A stretch of DNA of 64,000 nucleotides. Origin: Eubacteriales bacterium (GTDB lineage: Bacteria; Bacillota; Clostridia; Oscillospirales; CAG-382). Numbering within the stretch: the stretch's first letter is position 1; each line of letters starts with the position of its first letter. Location of the stretch: assembly GCA_045536535.1 (NCBI GenBank), contig JAZSNS010000017.1:15940-79939 (forward strand), in the 5' to 3' direction. Shown piece after piece: positions 46,153 to 55,106 of the stretch. The position numbers and the translations under genes were made by a program. The notes below the pieces were generated by a model. The model was not told the origin of the DNA. It saw nothing but the letters and a program-made list of their open reading frames with translations, and did no database searches.

Positions 46153-47845
46153 TCTCTTCCGTGCGCTTTATGCCGAGAAGATCAAGGCATCTGCCGAGAA
46201 CGTTTCGGGTTGCGGAAGTGAGCGCAAGACGGAACTGTTCGGTCTCGCCGCCCGAACCGAGAATGCGGCAGTTGTGATAGAATTGGTTAAAGAGTGTGCA
46301 GACGCTGAGCGCAAAACGCGAGATGTGGCTCGGCTCATAATCGTTTGCGGCGCGAACGACGGTTTCTTCAAATTCGCAAAGTTTGCGGATAAGTTCGGTT
46401 TCTTCGCCAACGGGAGAATATCCCTCGTAATTGCCGTTGTATTCACCCCTGCGGAGAACGCTTGCGGCGCGCGCGTAGGTATATTGAACGTAAGGACCGG
46501 TGTTGCCCTCGAATGAGAGAGTGCCTTCCCAGGTGAAGTTTGTATCTTTAATACGGCCGTTGGCAAGCGCGCTGAATATAACCGCGCCGAGACCGACCGC
46601 TTCGGAGATATCGTCTTTGTTTTCGTGGGCAACGTTCTTTTCTTCGATGATAGCCCTTGCTTTTGCAACCGCTTCGTCAAAAACGTCGTTGAGAAGAATG
46701 ATGTTGCCTGTGCGCGAAGCGAGTTTTTCGCCGCCGAAACTCATTGTTCCGTAGGGGATGTGGACAAGCCCGCTTGCCCAATCTCTGCCCATCATTTCGG
46801 TGACCTTGAACCATTGAGCAAAATGGAGAGACTGACCTGCGCTCGTGACATAGGCACATTTGTCGAAGTTATATGTGTTGTATCTGTAATTCGCGGCAGC
46901 GATGTCACGCGTCGGATAAAGCGTGCTTCCGTCGCGTTTGAGAATGAGCGCGGGCGGCATTTTCCATTCCGAAAGATCAACGATAGATGCGCCGTCGTCG
47001 ATTTTAAGAAGTTCTTTTTCGCGAAGTTCGTCAACGATCGCGGGCATTTTGTCGGTATAAAGGCTTTCTCCGTCCCAAACGTCAAAATCGATGCCCAAAC
47101 GCTTGTAGGTCGCGGTATATTCGCGAAGCGAGATGTCTTTGAAGAATTGCCAGATTTCAAGATATTCTTCGTTGCCGTTTTCAAGTTCGCGGAAAGCGGC
47201 ACGCGCAGCATCGTTCAGAGAGGGGTCTTTTTCGGCTTCACGACCGAACATAACGTAAATTCGTTCGAGTTCTTTGATGCCTTCTTTTTCGAGCAATTCG
47301 CGGTTCGACCATTTTTTAAATGCGACGATCTGTTTGCCGTTCTGGGTGCCCCAGTCGCCGAGATAGTTGATCGCAACCGTTTTCCAACCGCAGAAATCAT
47401 AAATGTTTCTTACAGCGTTGCCGATGACAGTCGTTCCGAGATGTCCGAGGTGGAAACGCTTTGCAATGTTGGGAGACGAGAAATCCAAAACGATGGTCTT
47501 GCCTTCGCCTCTCGCGGCAAGGTCTTTATAATCGTCGTTAAGCGGAATTTGAAGGTCGGAAAGATATTTCGCGCTTCCGAAAAAGAAGTTGAGATAACCG
47601 CCCACCGCTTCGACCTTTTGAAGTCCGTCAACGCCCTCGAAAACCGCCGAAAGTTCCGCCGCGATTCCGTCGGGACGGGCGCGGAGAATTTTTGAAAGTT
47701 TAAAGCAGGGCAGAGCGAGGTCGCCGAGTTTGCTGTCTGAAGGCGTTTCGAGCAAAGAAAGAGCATCTTCAACCGTTAGAGAAGCACCTTTCGAGGCAAC
47801 ATAATCGCTGACTTTTTCGCATATCTTGTTTTTGATATCACTCAT
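46148..47845 (-). CDS. argS: Arginine--tRNA ligase
   Basis: 565 aa. FSSPNIAKRFHLGHLGTT (HIGH region), DWGTQ and the C-terminal anticodon-binding (DALR) region. Confidence 0.97.
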   Translation of the reverse strand: MSDIKNKICEKVSDYVASKGASLTVEDALSLLETPSDSKLGDLALPCFKLSKILRARPDGIAAELSAVFEGVDGLQKVEAVGGYLNFFFGSAKYLSDLQIPLNDDYKDLAARGEGKTIVLDFSSPNIAKRFHLGHLGTTVIGNAVRNIYDFCGWKTVAINYLGDWGTQNGKQIVAFKKWSNRELLEKEGIKELERIYVMFGREAEKDPSLNDAARAAFRELENGNEEYLEIWQFFKDISLREYTATYKRLGIDFDVWDGESLYTDKMPAIVDELREKELLKIDDGASIVDLSEWKMPPALILKRDGSTLYPTRDIAAANYRYNTYNFDKCAYVTSAGQSLHFAQWFKVTEMMGRDWASGLVHIPYGTMSFGGEKLASRTGNIILLNDVFDEAVAKARAIIEEKNVAHENKDDISEAVGLGAVIFSALANGRIKDTNFTWEGTLSFEGNTGPYVQYTYARAASVLRRGEYNGNYEGYSPVGEETELIRKLCEFEETVVRAANDYEPSHISRFALSVCTLFNQFYHNCRILGSGGETEQFRLALTSATRNVLGRCLDLLGIKRTEEI

Positions 47846-47971
47846 ATTTTAAAACCGTTCTTTCTGATGAACATTATTAAATTATGATAACACACGAGCG
47901 TCCGAAAATCAATAGATTCGCGCTCATTTACTTCCTATTTATATATGATTTTTGCAACATGAGGTGAGACA

Positions 47972-49261
47972 ATGCTGATACATATCGTTCAAAGCGGCGA
48001 AACGCTTTTTGCGATCGCTTCGCTTTATGGCGTTGACGAATCAATATTGGCGTTCAACAACGACATCTCCGATCCGCTTCGGCTTCCTGTCGGTCAGCCG
48101 ATCGCCGTTGTCGAACCGACAGTCGTTCATATTGTAAAAAGCGGCGAAACGATCTTGTCGATATCCGAACTTTACGGTGTTTCCCCCGAGGATATTTATC
48201 GCCGAAACCTTTTTCTTAACGGAGAGGGAAACATTTTCCCCAACCAACTGCTTTACATCGAGACCGAACGAGAGGTTTTGGGCACTTTTGCAACGGGCGG
48301 TTACGCCTATCCGTTCATAAGCGAGCCTTTGCTCCGCCGCGCTCTGCCGTTCATGGGCTCGTTGATGCCGTTTACTTATGGTTTTCGCCCCGACGGAACG
48401 CTGATCTCGCCCGACGATGAGGAGATGCTGACGATCGCCGACGATTATTTCACCGAGCCGATAATGCATCTTTCGACCCTCACCGAGGAGGATATCTTTT
48501 CGGTCGAACTCGCCGAAGCCTTGTTTGCGTCGGTCGAAACTCAGAGGGTCCTGCTTGATAACGTCATTGCGAACATGCAGCAAAAAGGATATACTTCGCT
48601 TGACGTTGATTTTGAGTTTTTGGGAAGAGAAAACGCCGTTGCTTATGCCGATTTCGTCCGGTATTGCCGCGAACGGCTTCGTCCTTACGGATTCGGTGTG
48701 ATGACCGCGCTCGCTCCGAAGACTTCCGACGACCAACCGGGCGCGCTTTACGAGGGTCATGATTATGCGCTTCTGGGCGAAGCGGCGGACGCGGTTTTGC
48801 TGATGACCTATGAATGGGGTTATACCTACGGACCTCCGATGGCGGTCTCGCCGATAAAACCCGTGCGCGACGTTGTTGATTATGCGCTGACTCGGATCCC
48901 CGCCGAAAAGATACTGCTCGGCATCTCAAATTACGGCTATGATTTCACTCTGCCTTACGTTCAGGGCGTTTCGCGCGCACCTTCGGTTTCGACAAGACGC
49001 GCCTTTTCGCTCGCTGCCGAATACGGTGCGGAGATATTTTTCGACGAAACCGTGCTTGCGCCCTATTTTGATTATACCGCCGAGGGCGTCGCTCACCGCG
49101 TTTGGTTTGAGGACGTCCGCTCGATTTCTTATCGTTTGCGCCTTATGGCGGAAAAGGGATTGCGCGGCGCGCTTTGGTGGAACCTGAACCGCGAAAACAA
49201 CCAAAGCCTTGTTGCCATAAACGATTTAATTGACGTAAAACGGCTTGATTTATATGAATAA
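47972..49261 (+). CDS. LysM x2 + GH18 spore peptidoglycan hydrolase (YaaH/SleL-like)
   Basis: Two LysM repeats (HIVQSGETLFAIASLYGV.., HIVKSGETILSISELYGV..), then a GH18 core with LDVDFEF (DxDxE). Confidence 0.88.
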   Translation: MLIHIVQSGETLFAIASLYGVDESILAFNNDISDPLRLPVGQPIAVVEPTVVHIVKSGETILSISELYGVSPEDIYRRNLFLNGEGNIFPNQLLYIETEREVLGTFATGGYAYPFISEPLLRRALPFMGSLMPFTYGFRPDGTLISPDDEEMLTIADDYFTEPIMHLSTLTEEDIFSVELAEALFASVETQRVLLDNVIANMQQKGYTSLDVDFEFLGRENAVAYADFVRYCRERLRPYGFGVMTALAPKTSDDQPGALYEGHDYALLGEAADAVLLMTYEWGYTYGPPMAVSPIKPVRDVVDYALTRIPAEKILLGISNYGYDFTLPYVQGVSRAPSVSTRRAFSLAAEYGAEIFFDETVLAPYFDYTAEGVAHRVWFEDVRSISYRLRLMAEKGLRGALWWNLNRENNQSLVAINDLIDVKRLDLYE

Positions 49262-49263
49262 AA
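49222..49263. repeat. Direct repeat, left copy (last 12 codons + stop of the LysM-GH18 gene)
   Basis: cgatttaattgacgtaaaacggcttgatttatatgaataaaa is identical to 49414-49455. Confidence 0.95.
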
Positions 49264-49265
49264 AA

Positions 49266-49413
49266 GTCAAAACCGAGGACATGTGCCTCGGATTTGACAC
49301 CGATGAGTTCCGCGAGTGTCGAACACGAAGTGTGAGGCGCGACGGCGCGAGCGAACGGAACTCCAAAGCATTGGGGCCCCCGAAAAATCAAAGATTTTTT
49401 GGGGAGAAATAAC
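49266..49413. repeat. Copy C (full) of the structured intergenic repeat, bracketed by the 42-nt direct repeat
   Basis: H1 is 49266-49298 (gtcaaaaccgagg-acatgtg-cctcggatttgac). H2 closing stem is 49305-49312/49356-49363 (gagttccg/cggaactc) and encloses ggcgcgagcgaa. H3 is 49378-49404 (ccccgaaaaatc-aaa-gattttttgggg). The tail-like gagaaataac runs into cgatttaa. Confidence 0.8.
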
Positions 49414-49455
49414 CGATTTAATTGACGTAAAACGGCTTGATTTATATGAATAAAA
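49414..49455. repeat. Direct repeat, right copy
   Basis: Perfect 42/42 identity with 49222-49263, at an offset of 192 nt. Confidence 0.95.
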
Positions 49456-49545
49456 CCTCTTAAAATATCTTTTTAAACACAAACCTATTATTTGTTCCAA
49501 CCTCCACCAATCAATCCTCAAAACATTTAAAAACACCAAAAAAAT

Positions 49546-49589
49546 TCGGTTTCGCTTCGACAAATCGCGCTGATGTGCGGCGTTATAAT
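49546..49589 (+). promoter_or_regulatory. Candidate spoIIE promoter with Spo0A-box-like element
   Basis: TTCGACA (49556-49562) is the reverse complement of the 0A box TGTCGAA. It is preceded by TTCGGTT and TCGCTT and lies 21 nt upstream of TATAAT (49584-49589). There is no good -35 hexamer. Confidence 0.4.
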
Positions 49590-49620
49590 TAGAGCAAAAG
49601 ACGAACTCAAAAAGAACGGA

Positions 49621-51795
49621 ATGTTGAAGAAAATGGAACTGACACTTGTTAAGAAACTCACAAAAGACCGAAAATCCCAATCGGTTTATGCCATGATCGC
49701 ATTTTTGCTCGGAATCGCACCGCTCGCCTCGGGCGTTATGCCGTTTGGCTGTGCATTCCTTTGCGCCGTGCCGAAAAAGGCGAGAAAAAGCGCGTTTTTC
49801 GGTGTGCTCGCATCGTCGGTTTTCGACCCGTGCATACCGCTTGCGCTGTTTTGCGCGGTCTATCTTTTTTTGATACTTGCTTTGAAGGAAAAACATGGCG
49901 GGATCTTCACTTATACCCGTCTTTTGCTGTCCTTTTCGTTGAGCGCTTTTCGCGCGGCTTACATCGCCGTGACGGGTGTAAACGGAACGCAAGATATGTT
50001 GAGACTCTTCGCCGCCGTCGTTGCTTATCCTGCGTTCACCTTTGCTTTTTCGGGTTTTTTTGACAAAAAGAAGGATCTGCATCCGAAACGTTATGACCTT
50101 TCGTTGCTTGCTTTTGCTTTTTCGTTAACCCTTTTGTTTTCGGGATTGAAACTTTTCGGGGTCTCGCTTGCGTTGATGCTCGGTGCGGCGTTCGCGCTTT
50201 GTGCCGCAAGAACGCGCGGTTTTGCTTTCGGCGGAGTTTGCGGAGTTATCTGCGGTCTGGTTTCCGGCGGCGCGGCAACCGGCGCGCTCGGCGTTCTCGG
50301 AATGACTTACGGATTGCTTGTTAACGAGATCGAACCTTTGGCGCTTTTGCTTTCTTTTATGATTGCCGTCAGCGGATATTTTTATCTCGACGGAACGGAA
50401 TCAACGGTCGTTGCGGGATTGATGCTTTTTGCGGTTTATGCCGTTTTCTTTCCTTTCAGAAAACGTGTCCCGATCCATAAAACCGCCGCCGCAAGCATCG
50501 AAAAACGCGCTCACGACAGAAGGATCTCGCGCTATGCCGCCGCATTTTCATCGCTTTCTTCGGTTTTTTATACCGTTTCCGACACAACGCGAGAAGAAAG
50601 CATAACCGATTTGAACCAAAAAATAGTCCGCGCCGTCGAATCGCATTGCGAACGCTGCGACGGTTGCGAACTTGACAAAAGCGAGATATCAAACTTTTTC
50701 ACGAGCGAATTAAGGCGCAACGGCGTTGCCTCTTATTCGCGGATACCGACGCACATCAGTGCGCGTTGTCCCAACGCGTGTTCGATCGCGCGCGAGGTCA
50801 ACAATCTTCGCAATCTTCGCGAAAAGGACGGAGAAAAAGGGTTAAAACAGATGGCGGATGAATATTCGGCTTTTTCTTCGATTCTTATTGATGCGGCAAA
50901 AAAGCAAGACGAAAATTCAAAAACGGATAAACTTCTTGCCGAAAAGGTAAAAAATTCACTCCGTGAAACAGGCGTGCTGTGCGACGGAGTGCGCGTTGTG
51001 GGAACGCGTCTGCGCGAAATCACAGCCTATGGCGTAAAACCCGAAAACATAACGTCCTCGCCCGAGTCAATATCTTCGGCGGTCGCGAAAGCAATCGGAA
51101 CAGCGGTTTCGCCGCCCGAGCTTTTGCTTCATGACGATTACACACTGATGCGGTTTCAAACGATTCCTTCGTTCCGTGTCGAATGCGCAAAGATCTCGGA
51201 AGCGAAAACGGGAGAAAGCGTTTGCGGCGATACGGTGAGCGTTTTCGAGAACGACGAAAGATATTTTTACTGCCTTGTTTCCGACGGAATGGGAAGCGGC
51301 AGAGATGCCGCGCTGACAAGCCGTCTTTCGGCGATAATGCTTGAAAAACTTCTGACCGTCGGCGCAGAAAAGGAGAGCGCGCTGAAACTGCTCAACAAGG
51401 CTCTTGTCGAAAAAGAGGAGGAGGTTTTCGCCACGGTCGATCTTCTTGAAATAGACCGTGTTCTTTCGACCGCAACGCTCATCAAAGCAGGCGCCGCGCC
51501 GACGCTTTTCATTCGCGGCGGTTATTCAACACGCATCGAATCCCGAACGCCGCCGGCGGGAATTATGCGAAACGTAATTGCCGAAAAAAAGACGTTCAAA
51601 CTCGAAAAAGGCGATATGATCGTCATGTTGAGCGACGGAATCCTTCAAACGGGAAGCGATTTCGTGATCCTTCCCGAAAGCGGTCTTCCTCCGATGCCGA
51701 GCGCACGCGCCCTTGCCTCGAAAATACTCCGCGAGGCGCGAAGGAATTGCGAAACGGCTGACGATATGTCGGTTTGCGTTCTGCGAATTTGTTAG
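49621..51795 (+). CDS. spoIIE: Stage II sporulation protein E (polytopic membrane PP2C phosphatase)
   Basis: About 10 N-terminal TM helices, then a C-terminal PP2C domain (GDTVSVFE..YFYCLVSDGMGSG..A...S; MLSDGI). The start is ambiguous (ATG 49621 or 49633). The track start at 49573 lies upstream of the putative -10. Confidence 0.86.
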   Translation: MLKKMELTLVKKLTKDRKSQSVYAMIAFLLGIAPLASGVMPFGCAFLCAVPKKARKSAFFGVLASSVFDPCIPLALFCAVYLFLILALKEKHGGIFTYTRLLLSFSLSAFRAAYIAVTGVNGTQDMLRLFAAVVAYPAFTFAFSGFFDKKKDLHPKRYDLSLLAFAFSLTLLFSGLKLFGVSLALMLGAAFALCAARTRGFAFGGVCGVICGLVSGGAATGALGVLGMTYGLLVNEIEPLALLLSFMIAVSGYFYLDGTESTVVAGLMLFAVYAVFFPFRKRVPIHKTAAASIEKRAHDRRISRYAAAFSSLSSVFYTVSDTTREESITDLNQKIVRAVESHCERCDGCELDKSEISNFFTSELRRNGVASYSRIPTHISARCPNACSIAREVNNLRNLREKDGEKGLKQMADEYSAFSSILIDAAKKQDENSKTDKLLAEKVKNSLRETGVLCDGVRVVGTRLREITAYGVKPENITSSPESISSAVAKAIGTAVSPPELLLHDDYTLMRFQTIPSFRVECAKISEAKTGESVCGDTVSVFENDERYFYCLVSDGMGSGRDAALTSRLSAIMLEKLLTVGAEKESALKLLNKALVEKEEEVFATVDLLEIDRVLSTATLIKAGAAPTLFIRGGYSTRIESRTPPAGIMRNVIAEKKTFKLEKGDMIVMLSDGILQTGSDFVILPESGLPPMPSARALASKILREARRNCETADDMSVCVLRIC

Positions 51796-51816
51796 ACACA
51801 AGGCTCTGCAAACAAC

Positions 51817-51850
51817 AAAAAAGGTTGTTGCTTTCGGCAACAACCTTTTG
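51817..51850. terminator. Bidirectional intrinsic terminator between spoIIE and murA
   Basis: aaaaggttgttgc-tttcg-gcaacaacctttt. Confidence 0.8.
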
Positions 51851-51852
51851 AG

Positions 51853-53115
51853 TTATATTTTATCGCTGATCCTTTTTATGTCCGCGCCGACCGAGCGGAG
51901 TTTGCCGACCATATCTTCATAACCGCGTTCGATATGATAAATATCGTCGATGACCGTCGTCCCGTGAGCCGAAAGAGCGGCGATGACCATTGCCGCGCCT
52001 GCCCGAAGGTCGACCGCACGCACGTTTGCGGGCTTGAATTCGTCAATGCCTTCGATGTGGGCATCTCTGCCCTGAACCGAGATCTTTGCGCCCATTCGCG
52101 CGAGCTCGTCGGTATATTTAAAACGGAAATCCATAACGCTTTCGGTGAGAACGCTGTGTCCTTCGGCAAGGCAGAGAAGAACGCAGAACTGAGGGTTCAT
52201 GTCAGTCGGGAAACCGGGATAGAAATCGGTCTTGACACGCGCCTTTTTAAGATTGCCATCGGAACTGACGCGAACGTAATCATCGCCTTCTTCAACTTTG
52301 ACGCCCATTTCAACAAGTTTGCGAGTCGTTGCTTCCAAGTGTCTCGGAATAACGTTGCTGATGGTGAGGTCGCCTTTGGTTGCGGCGGCGGCGATCATGT
52401 AAGTGCCTGCCTCGATCATATCGGGAATTATCGCATAGGTTCCGCCGTAAAGCGAATCAACGCCGTTGATTTTGATAACTTCCGTGCCCGCGCCCGAAAT
52501 ATTCGCGCCGCAGGAGTTCAAGAAGTTCGCAAGGTCAACGATGTGAGGTTCGCGCGCGGCGTTATCGATGATCGTCTTGCCTTTTGCGGTCGCGGCGGCG
52601 ATCATGATGTTTGCCGTTGCGCCGACCGAAGCGACGTCCATATAGATCGACGCGCCTTCAAGCGGATGTTCGGTATAGCAGCTGACACCGGTCGTGCAGT
52701 TCACTTTCGCACCGAGCGCTTCAAACCCTTTGATGTGCTGGTCGATAGGACGTGCACCGAGGTTGCAACCGCCGGGGAGCGAGGTGTAAGATCTGCCGAA
52801 TCTGCCGAGTTCCGCACCGAGAACGTAATAAGAACCGCGCATGTTTCTCGCGAGGTCAAGCGGAACGCTGTTGCTGCGGACGGGGCGGGTATCGATGCTG
52901 TATGTAAATCTTTCAAGCTGTTTGATCTCTGCGCCCATTCTGCGGAGGATTTCGAGAGCTGTCTTGATATCGCTGACGTCGGGAAGATTTTCCAGAACGC
53001 AGACATCATTCACAAGAATCGTGGCAAAAATAATAGGGAGCGCGGCGTTTTTCATACCGCCGATATTTATTGTTCCGAGAAGAGGCCTTCCGCCGGAAAC
53101 GCAAAGCTTTTCCAT
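51853..53115 (-). CDS. murA: UDP-N-acetylglucosamine 1-carboxyvinyltransferase
   Basis: 420 aa. GGMKNAALPIIFATIL, LPGGCNLGARPIDQH (active-site Cys loop), FPGFPTDM. Confidence 0.96.
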   Translation of the reverse strand: MEKLCVSGGRPLLGTINIGGMKNAALPIIFATILVNDVCVLENLPDVSDIKTALEILRRMGAEIKQLERFTYSIDTRPVRSNSVPLDLARNMRGSYYVLGAELGRFGRSYTSLPGGCNLGARPIDQHIKGFEALGAKVNCTTGVSCYTEHPLEGASIYMDVASVGATANIMIAAATAKGKTIIDNAAREPHIVDLANFLNSCGANISGAGTEVIKINGVDSLYGGTYAIIPDMIEAGTYMIAAAATKGDLTISNVIPRHLEATTRKLVEMGVKVEEGDDYVRVSSDGNLKKARVKTDFYPGFPTDMNPQFCVLLCLAEGHSVLTESVMDFRFKYTDELARMGAKISVQGRDAHIEGIDEFKPANVRAVDLRAGAAMVIAALSAHGTTVIDDIYHIERGYEDMVGKLRSVGADIKRISDKI

Positions 53116-53231
53116 ATCAAAACACCTTTCGGTAGATTAGTGATGTTATCTTGATTATGATATCATTTCGTCAAAAAAAAGTCAAGGGCTTTTAATCGTC
53201 GCACAGTACAGTTTATGCAACGACAATTTTC

Positions 53232-53260
53232 TTGACAAATATTTCCGATTAAGGCATAAT
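53232..53260 (+). promoter_or_regulatory. Sigma-A promoter of rnj
   Basis: TTGACA (53232-53237), 17-nt spacer, CATAAT (53255-53260). This leaves a hairpin-rich leader of about 120 nt. Confidence 0.5.
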
Positions 53261-53386
53261 ATAAAGGATCTCAGAGGATATTTTCCGGATTCGGAAAGTC
53301 TTTTCATGCGTTCGTTTCGACAAAAGTCGTTTTTCGGGTTGTCTATACCCGATACATATAATCATACCAAAAGAAAGGACAGGTAT

Positions 53387-55066
53387 ATGTCAAAAACAAA
53401 AAAACCAAAGGTGAACATCGTCTTTTTGGGCGGCGTTGACGGTATTGGCATGAACTGCACCGCGTTTGAATATGCCAACGATATCATCATTGTCGATTGC
53501 GGCGTTGCGTTTCCCGAAGACGATATGCTCGGTGTCGATCTTGTTATTCCCGATTTCAGTTATCTCGAAAATAACGTTGAAAAAATCAGAGGGCTTCTCG
53601 TTACCCATGCGCACGAAGATCATATCGGCGCGATCCCTTATTTTATCCAGAAATTCAACAACGTTCCGATTTATTCCGCAAGGCTCACTCTCGGTATCAT
53701 CGAGGGAAAACTGAACGAACACGGCATTAAAAACGCAAAAATGCATGAGGTCCATGCCGGTGATACGATCAACCTCGGCGGCGCGTTTCAGGCTGAATTT
53801 ATCAACGTTAACCACTCAATGCCCGATGCCTGTGCGATCTGCATAACAACGCCCTGCGGCAGAATTCTTCATACCGGCGACTTCAAGGTGGATTACACCC
53901 CCGTTGACGAAAAGCCGATCGACCTTGCGCGCATTGCCGAACTCGGCAGAAAAGGCATAAAACTGTTGCTCTGCGACAGCACAAACGCCGAACGCAACGG
54001 CTACACACCCAGCGAAAGCAGCCTTGCCGTAAGTTTCGACCGCATTTTCAACAACGAACAAAGGCGCGTTATAATCGCCACGTTCTCATCGAACGTTCAC
54101 CGCGTTCAGCAGATAATCAACGCTTCGGAGAAATATGGCAGAAAAGTCGCAATAACGGGAAGAAGCATGCAGAATTTTTTCAACGCGGCGGTCAAACTCG
54201 GTTATCTTGATGTGCCCGAGGACATTATGATCGACCTGAACGAGGTCAAGCATTATCCGCCCGATATGGTGACTGTCGTCACAACGGGAAGCCAGGGCGA
54301 ACCGATGAGCGCGCTTTACCGCATGGCGTTCGGTGAGCATAACCAGTTGTCGCTCGGAAGCAGTGATCTCGTTGTGCTTTCTTCTTCGGCGATCCCCGGC
54401 AACGAAAAACTCATCACGAAAATCATCAACGAACTCTTCAAACGCGGCACCGACGTTATAACTTACAGCAATTATGACGTTCACGTTTCGGGTCATGCAT
54501 GTCGTGAGGAATTGAAGTTGATGCAGGCGCTCACGACTCCCGAATTTTTCATTCCGATTCACGGAGAGTATAAACATCTTATCGCCCACGCCGAGCTGGC
54601 TAACGAAATGGGAATCCCCGAAAATAACATCGTCATTCCCGACATCGGCAGAGTTGTCGAGATGAGCAAGCGCAAACTCAAACCCGCAAATACCGTCGAG
54701 GCTGGTGCGGTCATGGTCGACGGAAACGGTATCGAAGGCATCAACGACGTCGTTCTGCGTGACCGAAAGCGCCTTTCGGAAGAGGGGATCATCATCGTTA
54801 CCGCAGGAGTCGATCTTGAATATATGTGCATCTCGATCCCGCCCGAAATCATCACTCGCGGCTTCGTTTACGAAAAGGATAACGAGGAGTTGATCGGAAG
54901 ATTGACCGAGGCGGCGCGGAATTCTCTCATTCGCAATTTCGCGAAAGGTGTTGACGATATAACCGTGCTCAGAACAAGGCTTCGCGACGATATCGCCGAA
55001 TATGCCAGAAAACGCACCAAACACAAACCCATGATCGTCACGACGCTTATTGATATCCAACTTTAA
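53387..55066 (+). CDS. rnj: Ribonuclease J
   Basis: 559 aa from ATG 53387. Metallo-beta-lactamase motif THAHEDHIGA, a beta-CASP region, HVSGHA and a C-terminal domain. Confidence 0.95.
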   Translation: MSKTKKPKVNIVFLGGVDGIGMNCTAFEYANDIIIVDCGVAFPEDDMLGVDLVIPDFSYLENNVEKIRGLLVTHAHEDHIGAIPYFIQKFNNVPIYSARLTLGIIEGKLNEHGIKNAKMHEVHAGDTINLGGAFQAEFINVNHSMPDACAICITTPCGRILHTGDFKVDYTPVDEKPIDLARIAELGRKGIKLLLCDSTNAERNGYTPSESSLAVSFDRIFNNEQRRVIIATFSSNVHRVQQIINASEKYGRKVAITGRSMQNFFNAAVKLGYLDVPEDIMIDLNEVKHYPPDMVTVVTTGSQGEPMSALYRMAFGEHNQLSLGSSDLVVLSSSAIPGNEKLITKIINELFKRGTDVITYSNYDVHVSGHACREELKLMQALTTPEFFIPIHGEYKHLIAHAELANEMGIPENNIVIPDIGRVVEMSKRKLKPANTVEAGAVMVDGNGIEGINDVVLRDRKRLSEEGIIIVTAGVDLEYMCISIPPEIITRGFVYEKDNEELIGRLTEAARNSLIRNFAKGVDDITVLRTRLRDDIAEYARKRTKHKPMIVTTLIDIQL

Positions 55067-55075
55067 AAACGTCAG

Positions 55076-55106
55076 AAAAAATCCGCCCGACAGGGCGGAT
55101 TTTTTG
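55076..55106. terminator. Bidirectional intrinsic terminator
   Basis: aaaaa-atccgccc-gaca-gggcggat-ttttt. Confidence 0.85.

Noticed and set aside
49316-49453. A GTG-initiated 45-codon frame that stays open through repeat copy C into the second copy of the 42-mer. It would end in the same 12 residues as the GH18 protein.
   Set aside because: There is no Shine-Dalgarno sequence. About 49 stop-free codons have roughly a 10% chance expectation, and the frame crosses strong hairpins. I treat it as coincidence unless Ribo-seq shows otherwise.
49267-50082. A 271-aa minus-strand ORF spanning the repeat element and the 5' part of spoIIE.
   Set aside because: It is antisense to the well-supported polytopic spoIIE N-terminus and runs through non-coding hairpins. 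The predicted product is Arg/Lys-rich junk with no RBS.
53306-53386. The longest-ORF starts given in the track for rnj (53306), leuS (43767), the ABC gene (22139), the flavoprotein (16088), GHL10 (17354), spoIIID (56745), minD-like (56824), DUF1854 (10881) and spoIIE (49573).
   Set aside because: In each case an internal ATG or GTG has a proper Shine-Dalgarno sequence at 5-10 nt, fits the conserved N-terminus of the family, or gives the typical ATGA/4-nt coupling with the upstream gene. The extensions would overlap promoters or upstream genes.
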